Assembly: GCA_019510465.1 (NCBI GenBank)
Contig: JAEKKH010000145.1
Span: forward strand, 3,963 to 67,962
Length of the DNA stretch: 64,000 bases
Source: Burkholderiales bacterium
GTDB lineage: Bacteria > Pseudomonadota > Gammaproteobacteria > Burkholderiales > Burkholderiaceae_C
Direction of reading: 5' to 3'
Shown here: one piece after another, positions 38,593 to 47,674 of the stretch
How positions within the stretch are numbered: the first letter of the stretch is position 1
Layout of the letters: the number at the start of each line of letters is the position of its first letter
The notes under the pieces: generated by a model
Seen by the model: the letters and a program-made list of their open reading frames with translations, nothing else
What the model was told of the DNA's origin: nothing
The model's database searches: none
Made by a program: the position numbers and the translations under genes

Positions 38593-39327
38593 TCAGTCGC
38601 GTGCCAGCGCGGCCGACAGGTCGAGCTGTGTCGCCTCCAGCTGCAGCAGCGTGGCCTGGTGCGCGGCCGTGGCGTCGCGGTTCTGCAGCGCGACGAGGAT
38701 CGCCTTGTGCCGTGGCAGCGACAGCACGTGCGTGTCGGGCACGCGGTTGCTGAGCTTGATCGACTCGCGCAGCGCCAGCGACATCATGTTGCCGATGTAG
38801 GCCATCAGGTCGTTGCCGGTGGCCTCGGCGATGCGGCGGTGGAACGCGAGGTCGGGCTCCAGCATCGCGTCGCCGTCCGTCGCGGCGGCCATGCCGTCAT
38901 AGGCTTGCGCGATGGCCGCCAGCTGCGCGCCGGTGGCCGCCCGTGCCGCCATCGCCGCGGCGCCGGGCTCGAACACGCGGCGCAAACCCATGAGGGTCTG
39001 GACGAACTCCGGCGCGGGGCGGGTCTGGATCATCCAGTACAGGACGTCGGGATCGAGCAGGTGCCACTCGTTGCGCGGGCGCACGATCGCGCCGGCGCGC
39101 TGGCGCGAGAGGACCAGGCCCTTGGCCACGAGCACGCGCACCGCCTCGCGCAGCACCGGGCGGCTCACCTCGTACTTGTCGATCAGCTCGGACTCCGGCG
39201 GCAGCCGCTCGCCGGGCGCGAGCTCGCCCGAGACGATGCGCTGCCCCAGCTCGCGCACGATGCGCCCGTGCATGCTCTTGCCCGCGGGCTTGGTGCGGTA
39301 CGGCGAGTGCTCGGCGCGTTCGGACAT
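38593..39327 (-). CDS. FadR/GntR family regulator (DgoR-like)
   Basis: GERLPPESEL...VSRPVLREA; WHLLDPDVL; FCD domain DLAFH. Confidence 0.9.
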   Translation of the reverse strand: MSERAEHSPYRTKPAGKSMHGRIVRELGQRIVSGELAPGERLPPESELIDKYEVSRPVLREAVRVLVAKGLVLSRQRAGAIVRPRNEWHLLDPDVLYWMIQTRPAPEFVQTLMGLRRVFEPGAAAMAARAATGAQLAAIAQAYDGMAAATDGDAMLEPDLAFHRRIAEATGNDLMAYIGNMMSLALRESIKLSNRVPDTHVLSLPRHKAILVALQNRDATAAHQATLLQLEATQLDLSAALARD

Positions 39328-39377
39328 GTCGGGGGCGATGCGTGGCGGGTGGGGCGACGCTACCACGCAAGCCAGCG

Positions 39378-40310
39378 TCACCTGCCCCAGCGAAGGACCA
39401 GCGGATCGAGCCGCCGCGCGGCGTCGAGCAGCCCGGCGCGCACGTGCGGGCTCATCGCGGGATACGGGCTGCGCGGCGCATCGCACGCGATGATGCCGCC
39501 CTCCTTCATCAGCGCCTTCGCGGCAAGGAAGCCGCCCTGCCGGTTCTCGAAGTTGATCAGCGGCAGCCAGCGGCCGTAGGCCTCGACGGCCTCCTCGCGG
39601 CGGCCGGCGGCGAACGCGTCGACGATGCTGCGGATGCCGTCCGGGTAGGCGCCGCCGGTCATCGCGCCGGTGGCGCCGGCGTCGAGGTCGGCCAGCAGCG
39701 TGATCGCTTCCTCGCCGTCCCACGGGCCCTCGATCGCGTCGCCGCCGAGCTCGATCAGTTCGCGCAGCTTGCTCGCGGCGCCCGCCGTCTCGATCTTGAA
39801 GTAGCGCACGCGCTCATGATCCTGCGCGAGGCGCGCGAGGAACGCGGCCGACAGCGGCGTGCCGGCCATCGGCGCGTCCTGGATCATGATGGGGATGTCC
39901 AGGCCGTCGGACAGCCGTCCGAAGAAGTGGTGGATCTGCTTCTCGCCGACGCGCAGCGTGGCGCCGTGGTACGGCGGCATGACCATGACCATGGCCGCGC
40001 CCTGCGCCCGCGCGCGCTGGCCGCGCGCGAGGCAGATGTCGGTGGAGAAGTGCGTCGTCGTCACGATCACCGGCACGCGGCCCGCGACGTGCTCGAGGAT
40101 CGTGCGCGTGAGCGTCTCGCGCTCGTCGTCGGCCAGCACGAACTGCTCGGAGAAGTTCGCGAGGATGCACAGGCCGTTGGAGCCCGCGTCGATCATGAAG
40201 TCGACGCAGCGCTTCTGGCCGGCGAGGTCGAGGCCGCCGCCCTCGTCGAAGATCGTCGGCACCACGGGGAACACGCCCTGGTAGCGCGCGGGTTGGCGGG
40301 GAGCGGTCAT
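39378..40310 (-). CDS. araD: L-2-keto-3-deoxyarabonate dehydratase (DHDPS superfamily)
   Basis: GVFPVVPT, LANFSEQF, MPPYHGAT, YFKIET, PWDGEEAITL, LDPLVLRW, as in Azospirillum-type AraD. Confidence 0.8.
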   Translation of the reverse strand: MTAPRQPARYQGVFPVVPTIFDEGGGLDLAGQKRCVDFMIDAGSNGLCILANFSEQFVLADDERETLTRTILEHVAGRVPVIVTTTHFSTDICLARGQRARAQGAAMVMVMPPYHGATLRVGEKQIHHFFGRLSDGLDIPIMIQDAPMAGTPLSAAFLARLAQDHERVRYFKIETAGAASKLRELIELGGDAIEGPWDGEEAITLLADLDAGATGAMTGGAYPDGIRSIVDAFAAGRREEAVEAYGRWLPLINFENRQGGFLAAKALMKEGGIIACDAPRSPYPAMSPHVRAGLLDAARRLDPLVLRWGR

Positions 40311-40326
40311 GTCTCGGCTTCCTTGT

Positions 40327-40405
40327 TAAAGTATGACTATATTAGGCCTTTCGCCGCAATTGTAAGCAGCTGCGCGGCCTCTTGTCGATTTATAGTAATA
40401 CTTTA
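40327..40405. promoter_or_regulatory. Pair of FadR-type operators in a divergent promoter
   Basis: TAAAGTATGACTATA (40327-40341) and TATAGTAATACTTTA (40391-40405) are inverted copies matching at 14/15, each with a GT-N3-AC core. Confidence 0.65.
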
Positions 40406-40486
40406 ATATGGATGCATCGGCGCATGCACCGCCGGCCGAGACGCTTGGTAATCGCTCGTAACCAATCGCCGGTAAGCTGCCGCCCC

Positions 40487-41905
40487 ATGTCCATCGTCTC
40501 CCGGCTCCCCGGCACGCACGAGCCCGACGCGCCGCCGCCCGGGCTGCTGCGGCTGGCGTGGCCCATCTTCGCCGAGCAGTCGCTGCACATGCTCACCAAC
40601 GTGGTGTCCACGTTGATGGCCAGCCGCATCGGCGACAACGCGGTGGCCGCGCTCGGCAGCGCCTCGCAGATCCTGGTGATGTTCCTCGTCGGCTTCAATG
40701 TGCTGGCCGTGGGCGCCTCGATCGCGACGACGCATCACCTGGGCCTGGACGACCGTGCCGGCGCACGCCGCATGGCGCGCGGCGCGGTCGCCACCAACCT
40801 GTGGCTGGGCGCGCTGTTCAGCGTGGCGCTGGGGCTGCTGGCGCCCACGCTGCTGCGCTGGGCGCAGCTGACGCCGCCGCTGATGGCCTACGCGCTGCCC
40901 TACCTCCACTGGATGGGCGGCACGCTGTTCATGGAGTCGATGATCTTCGCGCTGTGCGCCGTGCTGCGGGCACACGGCCACACGCGCGAGGTGATGTACG
41001 TGATCCTCGCGCAGAACGCCGTCAACGCGGGCCTGAGCGCGCTGTTGATCTTCGGCCTCGGCGGCCTGCCGGCGCTGGGCGTGACCGGCATCGCGATCGC
41101 GGCGTCGATCAGCCGGCTGCTGGCGGTCATCGCGCTGTGGATGCTGGTCTCGCGCCGCATCGGCTTCAAGCTGCGGCCGCGCGACCTGTTCAACATCCAC
41201 CGGGCCGACCTGCGCCGGCTGCTCTCGCTCGGCTTTCCCGCGGTGCTGGAGAACATCAGCTGGTTCGCGTCGTTCACGATCATCACCGCGCTGACGGCGC
41301 GCATGGGCGAGCGCATGCTGGCCACGCAGGCCTACACGATGCAGATCGCGCAGATCGAGATGCTGGCGTGCCTGTCGATCGGCATCGGCAACGAGATCAT
41401 CGTGGGACGCCTCATCGGCGCCGGCCGCTTCGAGGACGCGCGCCGGCAGTGCCTGGTCAACATGCGGCTGGGGCTCGTCGTGACGGCCGGCGTGGCGATC
41501 GTCTTCGCCGTGATCGCGCCCGCGGCGCTGCGGCTGTTCACCGACGACGCGCAGATCGTCTCGCTCGGCCGCACGCTCATCCTGCTGGGCCTGCTGCTGG
41601 AGCCGGGGCGCAGCTTCAACCTGATCATCATCAACGCGCTGCGTGCCAGCGGGGACAGCCGCTTCCCGCTGATCGCCGGGCTGCTGTCGCAGTGGGGGAT
41701 CATGCTGTTCGGCGCCTGGCTGCTGGGCACGCACCTGGGCCTGGGCCTGATCGGCGTGTGGGCCGCGCTGATCCTCGACGAATGGCTGCGCGGCCTGTTC
41801 ATGCTGCAGCGCTGGCGGCACGGCCGCTGGCTCAAGCATGCGAAGCGCGTGCAGGCCGAAGCCGCGCGCCAGCCCCTCCGACAACACAGCAGCACCTTCA
41901 CATGA
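40487..41905 (+). CDS. MATE family transporter
   Basis: LAWPIFAEQ, LRAHGHT, LGVTGIAIA, LRASGDSRFP; about 12 TM. Confidence 0.9.
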   Translation: MSIVSRLPGTHEPDAPPPGLLRLAWPIFAEQSLHMLTNVVSTLMASRIGDNAVAALGSASQILVMFLVGFNVLAVGASIATTHHLGLDDRAGARRMARGAVATNLWLGALFSVALGLLAPTLLRWAQLTPPLMAYALPYLHWMGGTLFMESMIFALCAVLRAHGHTREVMYVILAQNAVNAGLSALLIFGLGGLPALGVTGIAIAASISRLLAVIALWMLVSRRIGFKLRPRDLFNIHRADLRRLLSLGFPAVLENISWFASFTIITALTARMGERMLATQAYTMQIAQIEMLACLSIGIGNEIIVGRLIGAGRFEDARRQCLVNMRLGLVVTAGVAIVFAVIAPAALRLFTDDAQIVSLGRTLILLGLLLEPGRSFNLIIINALRASGDSRFPLIAGLLSQWGIMLFGAWLLGTHLGLGLIGVWAALILDEWLRGLFMLQRWRHGRWLKHAKRVQAEAARQPLRQHSSTFT

Positions 41906-42981
41906 GCCAACATCCTCCGGCCAAGCTCCACCAGCGCGAATTCGGCCACCTGTCCGACGGTCGCGCCGTCCACGAGGTCACGCTGTCGCACGGCGGCCTG
42001 ACGCTGTCCTTCATCACGCTGGGCGGCATCGTCACCACGCTGTGGGCACCGGATCGCGACGGCGTCGCCGCCAACGTCGTGCGCGGCTTCGACGCGCTCG
42101 CCGACTACGAGCAGCGCAACCCGTTCTTCGGCGTGATCGTGGGCCGCTACGCGAACCGCATCGCGCTCGGCGAGCTCGTCATCGACGGCGAGACGTTCGC
42201 GCTCTCGCGCAACAACGGCACGAACTGCCTGCACGGCGGCGCGCGCGGCTGGGGCACGCAGCTGTGGGAGATCGCGTCGCTGCGCGAGCACGACGACGCG
42301 CTCGGCGGCCCGGCCGCGACGCTGCGCCATGTCAGCGCCGACGGCGAGGAAGGCTTCCCGGGCCGCGTGGAGGCGCGCGTCACCTACTCGCTGGGCGCCG
42401 ACCGCAGCTGGCGCGTCGACTACGAGGCCACCACGGACCGCGCCACCGTCGTCAACCTCAGCCATCACGACTACTTCAACCTCGCCGGAGGCGGCTCGGC
42501 GCTGGACCACGTGCTGACGCTGCCGGCCGGACGCTACAACCCCGTCGACGGCAAGCTGATCCCCATGGGCATCGCCGAAGTCGCGGGCACGCCGTTCGAC
42601 TTCCGGGCGCCGACCGCCATCCGCGCCCGCCTGGACGACGGCCACCCGCAGCTGGCCGCGGCCGGCGGCTACGACCACAACTGGATCCTGGACGATGCGC
42701 GCATCGGCACGCCGCGCCTGGCGGCGCGCCTGGAGGATCCCGCGTCGGGCCGCGCGATGGAGCTGCACACGACCGAGCCGGCGCTGCAGTTCTACTCGGG
42801 CAACTTCCTCGACGGCAGTCTCGTCGGCCACGGCGGCGAGGCCTTGCAACGCGGCGCCGCGGTGTGCCTGGAACCGCAGCACAGCCCCGATTCGCCGCAC
42901 CACGGCGACTGGCCGTCGACCGTGCTGCGGCCCGGGCAGGTCTACCGCAGCGGCTCCGTCTATCGCTTCTTCGCGGACTGA
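41902..42981 (+). CDS. galM: Aldose 1-epimerase (mutarotase)
   Basis: GRYANRI, LHGG, GFPG, NLSHHDYFNL, GYDHN, QFYSGNF, CLEPQ; ATGA overlap with MATE. Confidence 0.92.
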   Translation: MSQHPPAKLHQREFGHLSDGRAVHEVTLSHGGLTLSFITLGGIVTTLWAPDRDGVAANVVRGFDALADYEQRNPFFGVIVGRYANRIALGELVIDGETFALSRNNGTNCLHGGARGWGTQLWEIASLREHDDALGGPAATLRHVSADGEEGFPGRVEARVTYSLGADRSWRVDYEATTDRATVVNLSHHDYFNLAGGGSALDHVLTLPAGRYNPVDGKLIPMGIAEVAGTPFDFRAPTAIRARLDDGHPQLAAAGGYDHNWILDDARIGTPRLAARLEDPASGRAMELHTTEPALQFYSGNFLDGSLVGHGGEALQRGAAVCLEPQHSPDSPHHGDWPSTVLRPGQVYRSGSVYRFFAD

Positions 42982-43119
42982 AGCGGCGACCGAGGGTTTT
43001 CACTGCCGCGACTGGCCCCCCCGGTTCTGCAGTTCGTCGCCTCGGGGCCAGGCCCGTGGCGGAAATGGCGCCGCGAGGCGGTATCGTCCCGCCTCGCCCA
43101 TTTCGCAACCGCCGGAACC

Positions 43120-45018
43120 ATGAAACTCACCGCCATCGCACTCGCCACCGCGCTCGTCACCCTCGCAGCGCCTGCGACCCAGGCCGCCACCGCGGCGTCC
43201 GCACCGTCGACCGCCGGCACCGCGGCCAACCCGCCGGCGCTCTGGAATCTGACGACGCTGTACGCCGATGACGCCGCGTGGGAAGCCGCGCGCCAGAAGC
43301 TGCTGGCCCGCCTGCCCGAGGTCAAGGCCCTGCAGGGCACGCTGGGCACGAGCGCCGCGAGCCTGCTGCATGCGATGACCGTGATGTCCGACGTCAACCG
43401 TGAACTCAATCGCCTGGACACGTACGCCACCCTGAAGGCCGACGCCGATACCCAGGTGACCGCCAACCAGGCGCTGCGCCAGCAGTCCGCCGCCGCGCAG
43501 ACGCAGTTCGCGCAGGCCCAGGCGTGGGAGAACCCGGAGGTCGCGGCCATCGGCCAGGCCAGGATCGACGCCTTCATCGCCGCCGAGCCCAGGCTCGCGC
43601 CGCACGCCTACGGGCTGCACACGATGCTGCGCCTGGCCGCGCACACGCTGTCGGCAAGCGAAGAGGCCCTGATGGCGGGCGCGTCGGATCCGCTGTCGCA
43701 ACCCACGCAGATCTACGAACTGCTGGCCAACGCCGACCTGCCGTGGCCCACCGTCACCATCCGCGGCAAGAAGGTGACGCTCGACCAGGAGACCTACGTC
43801 AAGCTGCGCGAGGACGGCGACCCGAAGGTGCGCGCCCTCGTCTTCAAGTCGTTCTGGCCCGTGTTCAGGGAATTCCAGCGCACGATCGGCGCCATCTACG
43901 TGGCCCACCTCAAGGGCGTGGTGTTCGACGCCCGCTCGCACAAGTTCGACAACGCGCTGCAATCGAAGCTCGCGCAGGACAACACGCCCGAGGCCGTCTA
44001 CCGCACGCTGGTGGTCGAGACCAACGCCGGCCTGCCCACGTTGCAACGCTACCTGAAGCTGCGCGGCCGCATGCTGGGCCTGAAGGAACAGAAGTACTCC
44101 GACATCTACGCCGAGCTCGTGAAGGCCCCGCGCACCTACACGCTCGGCGAAGCCGAGGCGTTGACGCTGCAGGGTGTCGCGCCGCTGGGCGAGGACTACG
44201 TCAAGGCGCTCGGCCAGCACTTCCAGGAAGGCTGGATGGACGCCGTGCCGCGCAAGGGCAAGCGCTCGGGCGCCTACATGAACCCGGCCGCGTACGACGT
44301 GCATCCGTACGTCCTGATGAGCTTCAACAACAACTACGAGAGCGTCTCGACGGTCGCCCACGAGTGGGGCCATGCGATGCACTCGGTGCTGGCCAACGCC
44401 GCGCAGCCGTACGAGCTCGCCAACTACGGCATCTTCGTCGCCGAGATCCCGTCGACGACCAACGAGATGCTGCTGGCCGACTACGTCGCGAAGAACGCGA
44501 AGACCAGGGCCGAGAAGATCTACGCGATCACGCGCCAGCTGGAGTCGCTGCGCACCACGTTCTTCCGCCAGGCGCTGTTCGCCGAGTTCGAGCTGAAGTC
44601 GCACGAGGCCGCCGAGAAGGACCAGCCGCTGACCGGCGAAGACCTGTCGAAGATCTACCTCGAACTTCTGCGCCGCTACTACGGCGACGCCCAGGGCGTG
44701 ATGAAGATCGAGGACCTGTACGGCACCGAGTGGGAATACATCCCGCACTTCTACACGGACTACTACGTGTTCCAGTACGCCACGTCGATCAGCGCCGCCG
44801 CGTATTTCGCCGAAGGCATCGAGAAGGGCGACACCGCCCTGCGCACGCGCTACCTCGACATGCTCAAGTCGGGCGGCTCGGACGACGCCTACCAGGTCGT
44901 CCGGAAGGCCGGCCTCGACATGGCCTCGCCGGCGCCCTACCGCGCGCTGGTGGCCCGCATGGCGCGCCTGACCGACGAACTCGACGTGCTGACCAAGGAC
45001 ATGCCGGCGAAGAAGTAG
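43120..45018 (+). CDS. pepF: Oligoendopeptidase F (M3B) with signal peptide
   Basis: GKRSGAY, HEWGHAMHS, FVAEIPSTTNE, IPHFY, YVFQYAT. Confidence 0.9.
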   Translation: MKLTAIALATALVTLAAPATQAATAASAPSTAGTAANPPALWNLTTLYADDAAWEAARQKLLARLPEVKALQGTLGTSAASLLHAMTVMSDVNRELNRLDTYATLKADADTQVTANQALRQQSAAAQTQFAQAQAWENPEVAAIGQARIDAFIAAEPRLAPHAYGLHTMLRLAAHTLSASEEALMAGASDPLSQPTQIYELLANADLPWPTVTIRGKKVTLDQETYVKLREDGDPKVRALVFKSFWPVFREFQRTIGAIYVAHLKGVVFDARSHKFDNALQSKLAQDNTPEAVYRTLVVETNAGLPTLQRYLKLRGRMLGLKEQKYSDIYAELVKAPRTYTLGEAEALTLQGVAPLGEDYVKALGQHFQEGWMDAVPRKGKRSGAYMNPAAYDVHPYVLMSFNNNYESVSTVAHEWGHAMHSVLANAAQPYELANYGIFVAEIPSTTNEMLLADYVAKNAKTRAEKIYAITRQLESLRTTFFRQALFAEFELKSHEAAEKDQPLTGEDLSKIYLELLRRYYGDAQGVMKIEDLYGTEWEYIPHFYTDYYVFQYATSISAAAYFAEGIEKGDTALRTRYLDMLKSGGSDDAYQVVRKAGLDMASPAPYRALVARMARLTDELDVLTKDMPAKK

Positions 45019-45036
45019 CCCGCGCCGCCTCGTGCC

Positions 45037-45070
45037 AGGCCCGGGCGACGCAGGTCGCGCCGGGCCTTTC
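45037..45070 (+). terminator. Intrinsic terminator-like hairpin after pepF
   Basis: AGGCCCGG-GCGAC-GCAG-GTCGC-G-CCGGGCCT followed by TTC. Confidence 0.6.
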
Positions 45071-45096
45071 TCATGGCCGCCGCGCCGGGCGGAAGA

Positions 45097-45696
45097 TCAT
45101 GCTCGACCACGGCGCCGCGCCAGCGCCCCCATCATCGCCAGGCCGGCGAGCAGCAGGGCCGGCGTGACGGGCTCGGGCACCGCCGCCGCCAGCGGGGGCG
45201 TGTACAGGTAGTGGCCGATGAGGCCGACCTGCACGGCGTTCTGTCCCTGGGGCAGCGTGAAGACGAGATGGTCGTCGACGAACTTCCCGTCGAAGCTGGC
45301 GTTGCAGGCGTCGTCGCCTTGCTGGCACACGACCAGGCCCGGGATCACGGAGGTGGTCTCCGGCGGGAAGTCCTCCGGCCAGGTTCCCGAGGTCTCCACC
45401 GGGGAGAAGAGCAGCCAGAGGCTGCCCTGGTCCGGCCCGCCGTCCGGCGTGATCCCGGACAGCACCCAGTACTGGCGCACCGTTCCTAAGTCGTAGGTTC
45501 CCGGCCCCAGCAGCATCACCGGCGAGAACCACGAGGCCTGATCGCAATAGCAGGGACCGTAGACCGTCGCATCGCCGCCGGTTCCCGGCACGCCGGGGAT
45601 GGTGAGGAGGTCGATGGGTGTCGCTGCGGCCGAAGCCAGTCCGGCCAAGCCGGACAACGCGGCCGCCGCGAGGGATCTTGCAAGTCTGGTCGTCAT
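45097..45696 (-). CDS. PEP-CTERM sorting domain protein
   Basis: Signal peptide; C-terminal VPEP, TM helix, RRRGRA; AGGAG RBS. Confidence 0.85.
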   Translation of the reverse strand: MTTRLARSLAAAALSGLAGLASAAATPIDLLTIPGVPGTGGDATVYGPCYCDQASWFSPVMLLGPGTYDLGTVRQYWVLSGITPDGGPDQGSLWLLFSPVETSGTWPEDFPPETTSVIPGLVVCQQGDDACNASFDGKFVDDHLVFTLPQGQNAVQVGLIGHYLYTPPLAAAVPEPVTPALLLAGLAMMGALARRRGRA

Positions 45697-45843
45697 GGAA
45701 GCCTCTCCTTGCCAAACGAGGACCCGATGCGCAGGCGTCGATCCGGCCGTCGCACTGCCGATCGGTGCGCTGCATCGGAATGTTTGCCGGTCGCGAAACC
45801 GGCAGGCGCGCGGGGGCAAGCGGGGTACCCGGCAGCGGGGCCG

Positions 45844-45923
45844 GACCGGGACATGGCGACGACGAGGCAGGCCGGTGCGCGTTGCGCGAGATCCCGGGCG
45901 ACGTCGGTCGCGCCGGGCCTTTT
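45844..45923 (+). repeat. Diverged direct copy of the pepF 3' end and terminator (44991..45069)
   Basis: CCCGGGCGACG(ca/tc)GGTCGCGCCGGGCCTTT shared with only 2 loop mismatches; upstream GGACATG plus about 22/36 identity. Confidence 0.7.
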
Positions 45924-45969
45924 CCACGCCTGGTTCGCAGGTGGCGAGGCGGCGAGCGCCCGCGGTGTC

Positions 45970-46869
45970 TCACGCCGCGTCGAGGAACGGGACGGCCACC
46001 CTGGCCACGGCCTCGGTGGCGAGCAGGTCGTAGTGCGTGGTGCCCGGCAGCACGGCCCATCGCGCCGCGGGCCGGCGCGAGCCGTCCATGCCGGCGTCGT
46101 GCCGCCCGCCACCGAGCAGTTCGTAGAACGCCACCATGTGTTCCGGGTGCATCGCGTCCGCATCGGCGAACACCAGCAGCGTCCGCGCCTGGAGCTTGGC
46201 CACGTCGCCCGACCAGTCGTAGTCGTGGCTTTCGAGTTCGCCGATCTTGCGCACCAGCGCCTCCCACTTCACCCCAGGGTAGAGCGCCCCCATCGGCGAG
46301 CCGGCGATGTTGGCGGCAATCTGCGGCGCGTGCGCGGCCATCGCCTCGAAGGCGCCGAGGACTTCCGGATACCAGGCCGCCCGCTTGAACGGCTGCGAGA
46401 CCACCACCAGCCGTTCCACCAGCGCCGGGTGACGGATCGCCACCTGCTGCGCGACGCCGCCGCCCAGCGAGTACCCGAGCACGTCGATCTTCTTCAGGCC
46501 CAGGTGGGCGGCGAGCGCGGCGATGTCGTCGGCCATGTCCTCGAAGCGCAGCGGGCGGTCGACGTCGCGCGTGCGTCCATGGCCCTGCAGATGCACCGCG
46601 ATGACCTGGCGGGAAGCGGCCAGCGCGGGCAGGTTGGGCCCGAACGACTCGCTGGCCGCCACGCCGCCATGCAGCACGACCAGCGGACGTCCGCCGCTGC
46701 CATGGATCTCGTAGTAGAGCTGCAGCCCATTGACGGCGGCGATGTCGGAACGGACGGTGGTCTGGGTCATGTGAACTCCATCGGAAAGTTGGGATGCCGA
46801 CGATGCGGCCCGGGTGTGGCGCGCCAGCGCGCCGAAGGTGAGCAAGGCGAGGACGGAACGTCTTTGCAC
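45970..46869 (-). CDS. Alpha/beta hydrolase; alternative start at 46770
   Basis: VLHGG, GHGRT, GYSLG nucleophile elbow, catalytic D and H; GTG 46869 adds a Tat-like QRRSVL leader. Confidence 0.88.
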   Translation of the reverse strand: MQRRSVLALLTFGALARHTRAASSASQLSDGVHMTQTTVRSDIAAVNGLQLYYEIHGSGGRPLVVLHGGVAASESFGPNLPALAASRQVIAVHLQGHGRTRDVDRPLRFEDMADDIAALAAHLGLKKIDVLGYSLGGGVAQQVAIRHPALVERLVVVSQPFKRAAWYPEVLGAFEAMAAHAPQIAANIAGSPMGALYPGVKWEALVRKIGELESHDYDWSGDVAKLQARTLLVFADADAMHPEHMVAFYELLGGGRHDAGMDGSRRPAARWAVLPGTTHYDLLATEAVARVAVPFLDAA

Positions 46870-46959
46870 GGGGAACCTTTCGAATCGAAGGACGAGGCCA
46901 TCCCTGGCGATGCCGGAGCACCGCCACGGGAGCACGAACTCGGAAGGGGGGCGCGCCCG

Positions 46960-47601
46960 CTAGGGCTTGGTGGGCGCGCGCCGCCGCGAGCGCGCGGGCG
47001 GCGGCTGCGGGGCGCGGAAGGTCAGCTCGAGGTAGCGCCGCAGGTGATCGAGGCAGTCGGCCGCGATCGCGGGGTTATGGCGCGACTTGGCGAGCACGAA
47101 CGCGCCCTGGATCACGGCCTGCGTGAACAGCGCGAGGCTGTGCGGCGTCCACGGCGCCTCGGGGGCATGGTCGGCCTTGGCGGCCGCGATGTCGTCTTCC
47201 AGGGTGGCGGCATGCGCCTCGATGTGGCGGCCAGCGGCCGCGCTCAGCTGCGGATGCGTGCTGAAGGTCTCCTGTGCCAGCATGCCCAGCAGGCAGGTGA
47301 ACGCCGCGAGCTCGCCCTGCATCGCGCCCTGGCGGAAATCGACGTAGCCCAGCAGGCGCTGCAGGGCGTCGCCATGGTCACGATAGCCGGCGCGCGAGAA
47401 CATCGCGTCGGCGCGCGAGGCGAAGCGTTCCGCCGCCGCCATGGCGATCTCCTCCTTGCTGGCGAAGTGGTGGAAGAAGCTGCCCTTGGTCAGGCCCGTG
47501 GCCTCGCACACGTCCTCCACCCGCATGCCCGCATAGCCCTTGGTGCGGATGAGTTCGATGGTGGCGTCGAGCAGGCGTTCGCGTGAGGAGGAAGCGGGCA
47601 T
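46960..47601 (-). CDS. TetR family regulator (NemR-like)
   Basis: KGYAGMRVEDVC...TKGSFFHHFASKE; CLLG motif. Confidence 0.9.
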   Translation of the reverse strand: MPASSSRERLLDATIELIRTKGYAGMRVEDVCEATGLTKGSFFHHFASKEEIAMAAAERFASRADAMFSRAGYRDHGDALQRLLGYVDFRQGAMQGELAAFTCLLGMLAQETFSTHPQLSAAAGRHIEAHAATLEDDIAAAKADHAPEAPWTPHSLALFTQAVIQGAFVLAKSRHNPAIAADCLDHLRRYLELTFRAPQPPPARSRRRAPTKP

Positions 47602-47613
47602 GGAGCACCTTGG

Positions 47614-47652
47614 CATACCGGTTGGTATGGACTCTACATACCACCCGGTATG
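47614..47652. promoter_or_regulatory. Tandem TetR operators
   Basis: CATACC-GGTT-GGTATG (47614-47629) and CATACC-ACCC-GGTATG (47637-47652). Confidence 0.75.
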
Positions 47653-47674
47653 GCGTCAAGCGCCCGCACGAACG

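Noticed and set aside
45697-45720. Sigma54 promoter for the PEP-CTERM gene (TGGCAAGGAGAGGC)
   Set aside because: GG-GC spacing is one base short, and the sequence is the ribosome-binding site.
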